NCBI GenBank assembly: GCA_002269645.1 | Contig: NIVC01003130.1 | Location: 1 to 64,000, forward strand | Direction of reading: 5' to 3' | Source: Macrostomum lignano | Taxonomy: Eukaryota | Length of the DNA: 64,000 nt | In this document: one piece after another, positions 22,277-44,360 of the stretch | Position numbering within the stretch: the first letter of the stretch is position 1 | How the letters are laid out: every line of letters begins with the position of its first letter | Program-made: the position numbers and the translations under genes | Notes under the pieces: model-generated | What the model was told of the DNA's origin: nothing | Databases searched by the model: none | The model's input: the letters and a program-made list of their open reading frames with translations, nothing else

Positions 22277-23565
22277 TCTGATCGATCCGTGATTGAACCC
22301 GCACTTGTTAATTGCATCAATAATCAAAAAACGATTTAACACTAATCTCAAAATCAAGAACTTTTTGAAGGCCTTAATTCAACTCTAATTGCTGGAATGA
22401 CAACAAAAACTCCATATAATCCCAATAAATGAAGCAATTCTCTCTATTTCGGTACAACTCTATCGATTTTTAGATTGAAATTGATAATTGCACTAATAGA
22501 TCAGAAATTTTTACAGAATCTATAGATGCCTGTCTCGCTCTGAGATTGTTTTATCCGAAGTGAATTTCACATGTATGTTCTTGATGGTTTCAATGTGACA
22601 GAAAAGTTTATCAAATGCATAGAAGTTTTTTGATAATTAGTTAGTTAACGAACAATGAAAATAAGCAGATTTTTCACCTCTTGAAAGAGAAGCATTGCTG
22701 GAGGACAATAACGCTACAAAAAGAAAGACATGCGATACATAGTAAAACTGCAACCACCCTGTATTTTGAGTCTAATTGTAACAATGGTAGCTCGTAGTTA
22801 TAGTATGTGCAAATATAACTTCCAAATAACCCTTTGTGCTAAGAATTTAAGAGCGTATTTACATAAAATCATTACCAAATGGAAACCTTTTGAAACTTTT
22901 TTGTTTTATTGAACCATTCTCAGTTGAATGCAATTATACGTTACTGTTGCGTATAAATCTGTGAATTTTCGGTATATTTGTGATCAACAGATAATGCCAT
23001 TTCAAGCGAAGCATTTAGTGCCTGTGAGGAATAGTTGAAGCATTAATGAACAGTCATGGTGTAGTGAAACTCGGATTCCAAATTGCACTTTTGGATTTTC
23101 TGCGAATAATGACCATCAAAAACAGATAAATAGAAAGTTAGTTGCAGGTAGTAAAACAAGACGTTAAAAGCGTTTTCATTAAATCAAATCAAGTTAGTAA
23201 TTTGAGGCATTCAGTACGATAGCCGCTTCATTTCCTCAGCTGGGTTAGCCAGTATTCTTATAAAAGCAAAAGTGGTTCAAGGTAACGACTTTATTTCTCA
23301 TTGGGTAAATTTCCTGAGTATTACCAGGCTTTTTAACATGCATGAATGTTTATCAACCGGTCAAGCTTCGCTAGAAGGTCAACTATCAAACAATTATGAA
23401 AAGTTAACCGATACCAATATTCCGTTTTATAACGCTTTAATATCACGGTTTTAAAAAATGTCATTACTGAACGTTCTTTGATTTTATCGAATTCAAAATC
23501 TGTGGACTTTTTTGTTATTTTAATTTGAAAATAAATACGAATTAACTAAAGGAAAAGCAAATTCG

Positions 23566-33470
<9,905 letters not shown>

Positions 33471-33499
33471 TGACAGGTCGCTGAGGGATGGAGATAAGC

Positions 33500-33935
<436 letters not shown>

Positions 33936-36900
33936 CTAACTGACTTATATCTGTCTGTAAATTGGAACTACACGACCAGCATGTCTAAATTTGACCCCAG
34001 AGGGACAAGTCAAATAAAGAAATCAGCTGCCTCTCTCCTGGGTGGTCTAATCTTGCATTCTGTAGTCATATTTTTAACAAACAATCTTAAAGAGTAAAGA
34101 GAATGGAAAAAGACTTGTAGGCCTACTAGTCGCCCAAGCAAGAGACCGCAATTTTGTTTGACTGTACAGATTTCAACGCTCGAGCACAGGATTGTTGACC
34201 AGCCGAGGGCACACAGCGCGGCAATATTTGCCGGTCAAACTCGATCGAGAATGGGAGAGAAGACTAAAGATAGGAGCGAACATATTGGCCCTGGCGGCAA
34301 TGCTCAGAGGAAAGCCGACCCAGTCCACTCTGTTCAGGTTTCAGTCACACTATATTAGTCTCCCTGTGCCTTACTCTCGCAGCCAAATGGTCTCCCCTTA
34401 TTTTCTGCTTTTAGATCGAGCTGTTGAACTGCGAGTTAGTTGCCTGCCTAATAGTGCACAGTGTAATTTCTGTATTTATAAATTTTCTGTTGTGTGCTTT
34501 TCTAGACCTTTTATGCATCGTATATTGTTAAACCCACGATACTTTACAACGGAATAAGATGCTCAAACACTGATAATGCTATTATCTTAGATTGCGCTTT
34601 TGAGCCATAAGTCTGAATCAGCGATTCGCAGAAAGTATATTGGTATTTTTTGCTGTAATACACGCGAGACGTATTGAATATTCTAACGTTACTCGATTTG
34701 AGGCCTTGTTATATGAAGTCTGACCATAGACTGGGACATTTTCCGTAGTAAGCGGAACATCCTACAGAAAAGAAGGGCCTACGGGAAAAAAGCTAGGTTA
34801 AATTCTAATTTGCATCCAACTACAAGCTATGCATGCACTGTATAGTTTATTAAAGAATATAAAATATTATAGCAGTCCATATTTGAAAGTGCGCGCTCTT
34901 AATGGAAGCTGAGTTGTAGAAAAATTCTAATTTCTATCACCCTTTGGGAATTCGTTATTGACCTCTTAAATTTTGGTAGAAATTGCTTCAAAATATCCTT
35001 TCTGCCTAATCCCATCTAACTCGGCAAGTTCCTTGAGCTGTTTGAGAAATTTTCCTTCCCCGGAGCGGGCAACAGTCATCGAGTCAAAGCTTACTTTCGC
35101 GCTACTTCGAAAACTCGAGGATTAGAAATATTGTATCCAATAGCAGAGACTTGCGGTTGCGCGATTGGTGACCCCGTCGCAAGGAGACCCGGAAACCAGA
35201 ACCTGGAGTAAAGAAAATCTTTTCTCAGTCAAGTTTCTGTGTGTTGTATTTGACCCAATCTGTCTTTAGGTTCTGTTGGATTTGCATGTAAGCTTTGGTA
35301 TCCGTTTTCTAACTTTGGCCCATAGTTTTCACAGACAGAGATTTGGAGAAGATCTGCTCCTCCAGAATCTACTTCTGGGTGTCCTTGCACAGAGTCGGCA
35401 GGGGTGGACTTGTGACTTGGGATATGAGGGGAGAAAAAAGATGGCGTGACTGAGGAGCCAAAGGGGAGCGGGGAAGCGGAGCACTTCAGTAGCCTTTTTT
35501 CGGTAGGAATTTCGGGTAGGCAGAGAAAACCGCAGATCCCTGATATCGGCAGCAGAGATGACCCTGATAGCTGCATGGCTTGGAGCTGTGACGGGAGAAA
35601 AACGATTGTGCCAATAAAGTCCTTTGCTTCCCATTGCAGCGTTGCATTCGAAGCTTTTCGACTGGAATCAGCCCTGTCAAGGAGGTCTAGAACCAGATCT
35701 GGAGTAGGAACTCTAACCTCAGTCTAATTTTTGCACGGCAGACAGCCGAATTTTTTAAATTCATTTTTTGTTAAAATTATAATATACTTCGTGTGATAAC
35801 TAGGTCTGATTTGAAATCTGAGGGCTAGTTTAAACAAACCCAGAGAAAGTAAAAAACTAACCATATTGAAATTTTTTGTTGAAAATTCCAATATTTCTTA
35901 AATTATTTTATTTGCAAAAGTTTCATTGGTAAATCTTTCGAATTTGAGAGTTGAGAGCTTGAGAGTTGCTATTCCAGGTCCTAGTTAAAGAACTTCTTGA
36001 GCCAGAATCTTCGATAGTTGCTGCCCGCAGCAGCAGTGATTTATGACACCCCCGATTGGCCCTAGGAAGCTCAGTCTGGCGTGAAAGACGGCCGGATATG
36101 TCTGTGAGTCGGTGGGAAAAAACTAAAATAGAACGGATCTACTAGCGCAATCCTTTGGATTGCATGGTTTTCTGCACTATGCATGCGATGTTTGAAACTG
36201 CCTGATTTTTTAATTGCTCTCTAGGGAATATTTCACAAATCAAGATTTTGGGAGATTATCCGCAAGGACGGATTAGAAGCTATATTATACCGGCAGCTAC
36301 TCTTTGTAATAGATTGGTCTCTAAAAGCTGGGAAGAGTGCAAAATAATTTAACCTTTTTAACGTTGCCTCACAATATTGTGCAATGCTACAGTAATTCTA
36401 ATTCAGCACATTTCTCTTTTAAAGCATTTCAATAATCATTTTTATTGTATGAATAAACCTCCTGAGTATAATATTAATAAATTCCTAATTTTAATAGTAA
36501 TTATTACAATAATCATATTAATCGTTTTATAAAGAAATAAATTGACAGAAAAAAATCTTAGTTTTAAAGGCTTTTATTTGTTTTAATGGATCCAATATAA
36601 ATGTAGCCATCGTAGATCTGTGTAAGCTTCTCTGAATCGATTTCTTAGAATCGAATAATAAAATAATAATATAGCTATTTCTGAATAAATTTTGATTTCA
36701 TCACCCAATTGATTTTTTACTGCGAGTTTTTTCTTTTTAGGTACTCCATTGGAACTTTCGAATCGTCTTTAATTGAGACTGTCTTTATACTTTTTCCGGA
36801 ATTATGTACGAGTATATGTAAGCTAGTTTTCTATTGCGTTCAAACTAAAACCAGTGAAATTGGAACGGAGTAAGAACTATTGCTTTTGTAAAAGACAGAG

Positions 36901-38324
36901 AAAGGCAAAACTAGATCAGAAATTTGGCGTACTGTCTGTGGCCCAACCTATCTTTATCCGATGGGATTTTAAGTGTCCGCGTTTACTGACTTAGCATGAC
37001 AAAAGTAAAAATTATAGACTCAACCAATAAATGTAATTGAAGCGGGACTTTCCAAACAGTTGGGCCATAGCTATTAAGCAAATGAGCAATCCATGATATT
37101 TCCTAATCTATGCTCATGGCTTGGCTACTCATCGTGAAAACTCAATCATAGTCTGTCTCTAAAACCATAGAAACAATCTACCATTGTGGACATTGATATA
37201 TAGATATAGAAAAAAATATAAAACGTCTATGAAATACACAGACTGTCTGTCACAGACAAATTTTTACTATTGCTATTAATTCTCTCAATGACCCCCTTAG
37301 AACTTTCTATCCCCAAAAACTCTCCCTTTACTCAACTTTCCCTTCATTATTCAGGGATTCTAGGCATTAAAAGCAGCAAATTACTTTGAACAATAATCAT
37401 GATAAGTAAGAGGGACGTCAGGGAGTGCCTGACGGGTGTCCAGAGTTAGACTTTACGCAAGCACTCTCTGGTACAATTAATCATTAATGAGCTGGTGAGC
37501 TGGTACTCTGAGTGCCATCCAGTGGTGAGTTTGACTTGCGGGGGTGGCTTTTCAAAACTTCAATGGGAAAAGCGAAATTAGTTCCGTTGTATTAGCAGCA
37601 GCAATGGCAGCTGACCAGTTGCAGAAAAGTCTGAGGAATTGCAAGTTAATTACAGGCTCCAGCTGCCTGCTCTCTCACTCCCGCCCTCCTGTGTCTCTGT
37701 TGGACTGATAGACTGAGCTAGGGTTGTGGGTGTAGGTAAGGGATGAGTTTGAAGAGCTGAAAGAAAGACGCCTAAAATAGACATGGCAAAGGCGGCAAGT
37801 GGGTCTGAGCAGATCCCAAGAAGGAGGTCTTGAGTAGATTAGAGCTGAGCAGTCATTGCTCACGCGAGCTAGATGTCTTTCGTCACGCAACCCTCCCTCC
37901 TTCCCTCTCGCGTCTTCAACAAGCGGCACTTGCTGGCAAAGAGTGGGTGGTGGGCCACTCTCTGCACCCTGCTTGCTCCGATTCTCAGCACTAGGGTGCG
38001 TGAGGGGCGACTCAAAGTGCGACTCACTACCCCGACATATGACCGGACTCTTCGTTTGCTCATTTTTTGTTTCCGAGACTTCGGAACTCTTGGGCGAGAC
38101 CAGCTTGATTTGGCGGGCTTATGAAATCCATCGCCTATGGGAGGTGGGCACTTAACTGGGCTGCCTGCAGACGCTATAAATAAATATTCTGTCGGTGCTG
38201 TGTACTCTCGCTTCGTTCTCTGGTAGCTGGCGAGAGAAATAATTGAACAGATATGCAGAGCTGAACCTGTTGTGCGGACAAGTGAATAAAAAAAATCGCC
38301 AATTAGAGACAGGTACTATAAGAC

Positions 38325-38416
38325 AATAAAACAGAGAGACAGAAAGAAAGACAGACAGACAGACACACAGACAGACAGACAGGCAGATAGACAGACAGAC
38401 AGAGGCACACACACAC

Positions 38417-38507
<91 letters not shown>

Positions 38508-38788
38508 TGCAGGCAGGCAGTCAATAAGACAGGCAGGTAAACAGTCAGAGAGTCCATGTGTGAATTCAAACTTCCACCGAATAAATTCTGGGCCAACAGT
38601 GGGATGATCAATCAAACAAACTTTTTTCTACTTAAATCTGATTTAGTTTGGAAAGTTTTCCGTCAGCTTCTCAATGTCTGGTTGAATCAATAAAACGGGA
38701 TGAAGAAGTGTTGTTTTAAATTCAATCACTGCATGAGTTTAAAGTCCAACTGGATCCATTGAGTCAAGATTAAGTTTGCCTGTCGGTG

Positions 38789-38853
<65 letters not shown>

Positions 38854-38866
38854 GGTCTGTCTGTCC

Positions 38867-38962
<96 letters not shown>

Positions 38963-38963
38963 T

Positions 38964-38998
<35 letters not shown>

Positions 38999-39044
38999 TT
39001 CTGTCTGTCTGTCTGTCTGTCTGGTCTGTCTGTCTGTCTGTCTA

Positions 39045-39079
<35 letters not shown>

Positions 39080-39092
39080 GTCTGTCTGTCTG
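38325..39092. repeat. Two oppositely oriented tetranucleotide tracts: (GACA)n ~38325-38520 and (TGTC)n ~38782-39092
   Basis: Direct reading; the two tracts are mutually complementary. Confidence 0.95.
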
Positions 39093-40734
39093 TTTTTCTA
39101 GCCCCTCAGCAGTTGAATTTGCTCCAGCTGCATGCGAAGTGTCAATTGGCCAGTTCTGAAGCGGCTCAACTAAAATCGATCAAGCCGCTTCAGCAGCTAA
39201 CAAGTGGCTAATTAGAAAGTCGAGGTGAATCGCATCGATTTCCCGCGCGCATAGCATCCAACCAGCGACCTGTCTTGGCAAATGGGTCCTCCGTCAACAA
39301 GTGAATTCTACTTAGAATCTAAGCTTCAGATCTTTTTTATTCTTAGCTAATAAGTTTCTCAATAATTGCTTAAGTTTTAATTAGGCATGTCGATGAAAAA
39401 AAAATTGCGAAAAGAGGATCCAAGCCGGGCCTCCGGGAAAAAAGTTAGTTTGGATTTTCTTTCCAGCGTGACTGCTTTTTGGACACAGGGAGCGGGGAGT
39501 TTCTTTCCGCCCTGTTTTTTTTTCCGCTGGTGCAGATCTGGGCCACCTTTTTCAGGATCCCAGCGCAGTCAGGGAAGTCACTTGAACTGCGGGATAACTG
39601 TTTATCGGGGGAAGAGAAAAGGAAAACTGCCGTCAATTTTTTTCCCGGCAGAAAGCTGGGATGCCGCTGCGTTCGTTCGCTTCTCCGTTTAGTGGAAACT
39701 GCATCCTTGCTGTCTGTTCCGGATCTGGCTCTGTGGCTTAAATGGGAGGAAAGCGAAAGCAGCGAAAATTAGCTGGCCATGTGTATCGATTTTTCAAGGT
39801 GCAAGTGGCGGATTTGCGCTAAAGTTTGTCTGTCGCCTGGCAGTTGCACCGCTCAGTGGGTTATGCAACACTGGTACGTCCAGATTGTTACATACTAAAG
39901 CCATTATGTATGCTTTTGGTCCTGCTGCTTGCCTGTCTCTGTTTTAGTCTAAATATTGTTCTTCTTAGTCTCATTTCGTCTCTGGGTATTGATTTTCTAA
40001 TGAAATTGTTTTCAGATACCCAAGGCCCACGGTGCCTCGTGCAGCTTCAAGTGTAACCCCATCAGCCAATATTTGCCCAGTCTCACCTTCTTAGCTAAAC
40101 AAGAACCGACTGAATGCTCCCACACGGAGCGCCTGTAATGTACTTGGCTAATTGATTCTAATAATAATATTGCCTATGCTGGGAGACTTAAAACCCTAAC
40201 TAATTAAAACCTTCCATAAGTTGAGTTTGTCAACTAAACATTGGTTGCTTTGTTAAGGATATGTGCCCTCATACCAACTCAGCTGCGGATAGATGTTAAG
40301 CCACATCTATCTGTTATCCTCTTGAGTCCGAGTCTTACCCTATACGGTTTTGCTGATATTGATTTGCACGAGTAAGCCAAATCCGTCAATGAGCTGTTGC
40401 AGATCCCACGGAGCCCAGAGCCGTCTCAACCCGAGGGGCGGTGAGAGACACACACACACACACACTGATTAGTACGAGTACAACTCAAAGCTGGGGAATT
40501 AGCTCCCTCCGCGTGAAAGACGGATAGAAACTGCTCAACAATATTGTCGATACGGGCTGGCAGGAAGCCACTAGAGCTGCGCTCGAGTTTATCCTAAGCA
40601 GCGGCGATCGAAAAAAGACGATGGGAGAAGCTTTGTTTTACCCTCCTAATTCTTCTCTTTTATCCCGTCTCTTCCGCTCAGGCACCTTTACCTTGCCAGT
40701 ACTACATGTATAATAGGCTAGTATTTCTTTTTAC

Positions 40735-40980
40735 TGTAGCCTAGGGGTTAGAGCGTCGGAGTCACGACTTGATGATCGGAGGTTCGATTCCCGATCCAAC
40801 AATTTGTGTCCTTGAGCAAGACACTTAACTCTTGCATTGATTTAGGTTCACCCAGCTGTCAAAATGGGTGCCAGGATTTGTCACTAAATGTGTGGCGACC
40901 CCCGCAGTCCTTGGACTGAACAGCAGCTGCGGCTGAGCTGTCGGTTGCACATCTGAAGGTGTAATCAATTATTATTAGTA
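40735..40980 (+). mobile_element. tRNA-derived CORE-type SINE, copy 1
   Basis: A box TAGCCTAGGGG, B box GGTTCGATTCCC, CORE-like TGTGTCCTTGAGCAAGACACTTAAC, then TTCACCCAGCTGTCAAAATGGGTGCC and a short AT-rich tail. Confidence 0.8.
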
Positions 40981-42124
40981 TCACTGTGATAGACATGCAT
41001 GCTTGCCTAGTCACTGGCTGCGTGTTCGCTGGTGTCTCGGATCTACGCTCATAAAAAGCTCACTGACGAATAACTAACTGAACTTGCCTTCTCAACTTCT
41101 CGAACCCTAACTTAACACCAATAAAAACTAGCTCGAAAAGGGTTTTACTATCGTGAAGAAAGTGATGAAAATGCAGACTAATACATGTAGTTCACGAACT
41201 GGCATGGCTTGGCATGGTGGTATTGGAGGAAGAGAAGGAAAGGGAAAGGTCAAATTTTGGGTAATTTGTCTTTGAGAGGCCAACAGTACAGTCTGCTCAG
41301 GAAAGGTCATTATCTATGAGCCGCACAGAAACTAAGAGTGTTCTTCTGCATTGGTGGCAGAACACTTTCGGCATTCATGTCAGAGGATAATTTTCCCCTT
41401 CATCCTGGTTTCATCATCACATCGCTCTCCTATCCCAAATTTTTTCTTCACGCGGCGGGTTCATTGGATTTTTCATCCGGTTCGGCATGTCGGGCTGGTT
41501 AAGTTTCCAGAAAAGTGCTGGCCCGATCGCTAGACAAGAGCCCTGCACCCGCCTTGGTTCCGTGGGAGCGGCAGCGCTGCATTTCTGTTAGAGAAGGAAT
41601 TTGTGCATGCAATGCGCCGTTGCTCGGGGGATTGACCAGCTATGAGAAAAATGAGGATCAGCAACAGCACGTTGCCTATGACCTTATTTTCGGCGAATCT
41701 TTGAAATAAATATCGACATCAAAATTCATAGTCCTGAGATACATATGATTGAATTTTGAGCTAGATGACAATTTAATTCTTACTCACAAAGTAACTAAGA
41801 GCAGTACGATTTTCTTAGAAATGAGATGTAGGCCGGTAAGTAATGTGGGCTCTCATTTTTGCTGACCCCGAAGACACACTCACACGCAGATTTACACTGT
41901 AGTTAGTTCGGTAGTGAACATTACAACATTATGCACTAAGCAAAGTGGTGATGCTACTTGCAAACGCTTTCATGAATCGTTGCTAACATTTTCACCTCTC
42001 TGAAACCGGGTGCACTTGTGTTGGCTGCTACAAGTATAATTTATGTAGACAGGCACATAAATATACGCAAAATGATGTATGGCGCTACAAATCGCACAGC
42101 AGCTATAAACAGATTTTTGGAACA

Positions 42125-42447
42125 ATAATGATGATTAATAATAGCTGATTACATCTGCCTTCAGATGTAATATTTGATTACATCTGTAATCAACGACAGC
42201 TCAGCCGCAGCTATTGCGCGGCGCATCTGAAGGCTGCGTACGGCTGTTCAGTCCAAGGACTGGGAGGTTGCCACACACACCCCCAATTAGCCCAGCTAAT
42301 GCTGGCACCCATTTTACAGCTGAGTGAACTGAAACAGAGTTAAAAGTCTTGCTCAAGGACTCAAATTGTTCCGAGTGGAATCGGATCGGGAATCGAAACC
42401 CCGACCTTCAAGTCGTGAGTCGATCCGACGCTCTAACCACTCTGCAA
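42125..42447 (-). mobile_element. tRNA-derived CORE-type SINE, copy 2 (inverted relative to copy 1)
   Basis: Minus strand reads GCAGAGTGGTTAGAGCGTCGG...TTTCGATTCCCGATCC...GAGTCCTTGAGCAAGACTTTTAAC...TTCACTCAGCTGTAAAATGGGTGCCAG...CAGTCCTTGGACTGAACAGC, colinear with copy 1. Confidence 0.8.
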
Positions 42448-44360
42448 ATTACTGTGACCGCGTTTGAAATCAAACCGATCCTTTTGTAGAAACGATATTT
42501 AACTTACGACAAAGATTGTTGTCAGGATGGACTAAATTTTGATGACAACTCGGGTGACAGCTTGCCAACTTTGTCAAATTTGATCGCGAACAGGAATTGT
42601 CAATTTAAAGCCTGCAATTGCTTCCTCATGAGAAAGGAATTCGCAGTCTTCTTGTAGAACTCCGGAGCTGCCGAGTTTCACCGCTTTGCAGATGTCACCA
42701 TGTCAGCTCAGATCTTCCTCCCGTTCTCTCAAAGTCAAAGACAAATTCTGCAACTCTACTCTCGTGCTGCTTCTTCTTGCTCTGCGTGTCTTCCTGGGTC
42801 TTTCTGTCGGGGGAATGCAGAACTTAAAAGAATCGGGCTGTCTAAGGGACTGACTATACACGGGAAAATTCTTAAGAAAACAGGACAAAAACACTGTTGT
42901 GCACAATAAAAAATTGGAAAGCAGAAGTTGAGGGGTTGGAAATGTAGGCGGAGGGGGGAGAGACTTATTGTTGTCTTTTCTCAATTGATTTTCTATTCCG
43001 CCTCAACGTATTTCTCTCTCTGGAGGGAGCTTCCAACTGACTTTCAGGTGCTCGCTTCCGTCCTGTTCAAAGAAGAGAAATGTTTTTTGGTCTTGAAGGA
43101 CTCCTGACTTATTGGCGGAGCCGAATCTTTCTTGGCCGTGACTAAGATTTCTTTGTTTCAGAATTACAGTAGCTCCAGAGAGTCCCATAAACAGCTTCTA
43201 TAGCCTAAGTAACATCAAAAATGGTTTATTATATTGGCAAAAGCCCTCACTGGAGAGTCCTGGATTTCGAAAGATCCTCATTGGTCAGTCAGGAGATTTT
43301 ATTCAAACAGGGCATTTCGATAGTCAGATGCAAGCGTGTCGTCAGTTTCCACCAATACTACTTCATGGCTATTGGTCAGTAGAATGACTGAACCTCGACT
43401 TGAATTTGGATGCGAAAATGCTTGACTCCGACACTAAATAGTAACAGAAAATGACTGTTTTAAAACTTTCACCCGAAAAGTAGTTGATTTGTTTATATAA
43501 TTGTCAATTTTTGTTCAAATAAAAAAGGGGAGTAAGGTGCGCTAAGTGCTTTTTTACTGTAACGGGAATTTATAAAAATCGAACTCTGTAACGTTTTTGT
43601 CTGGTCAAGGTTCAGACCAGTAAATCGGGCTTTTAGAACAGAAAGATTTTGAATTTACTACTTTTAAATAGTTTAAAAAGAGTGCAGAATCGTAGGAGAG
43701 AGCAAATAACGTACTAGCTGTGTACATGTAAAAGTTCAATGAGTTAGCTCTTAAAAAACATCTTTAATGCAATAAAAAAACAAGGAAAATACCAACAGAC
43801 AGAAACATTTCAAATCTTTGTACTCGTAAAAGTTAAAATTTATGGCAGTGCAGTTTAAAAAAAATTCGATCGGGAAAGTTTACTGAATTTAAAAACTCAT
43901 ATGTCGTAGAAATTAAAGATTTTGGCGCTTTTCAAATACAATAGGATCGTTTAAAATTTCAAAAATAAACAGCGATGCAAAAAATTTGTTGAGAAAAAAG
44001 TTTATTAGCGTCCCCATGGATGAACGAATGGTTTTGGTTAAAAAAAATAGGCTCTTTAATAAATTGAATCGCACCTTAACTTTTGTTATTCTAGAGCTAT
44101 AAGCCACATGCAGCTAGCGATTTTAATTTAAACCACTGCATAAAATGAAAATAGTCAGATAGAAGTAATTCAAAGGAAGGACTTGTTTGTGCTTTTATGC
44201 TTTTCTTACTATGCTATTATATAACATGCCCATCAACAGATATTAAAACACGAAGCAACCTTCGGAGAAGTTTCAATATTTAAAACAGCTCTTTGTCCTT
44301 GGCGTATCTTCCTGCACTTTCAACGTAATGAATAATATCTAATCCGATAGCCGTGTAAAT

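Noticed and set aside
34158-34358. AGQT...EH resembling a GIY-YIG (Penelope) motif
   Set aside because: Wrong spacing between GQT and EH, no GIY/GVVY half and no adjacent RT.
40398-40446. Possible 38-bp micro-exon (gttgcag|ATCCCA...GGGGCG|gtgaga)
   Set aside because: Splice-like ends only; no partner exons or homology could be established.
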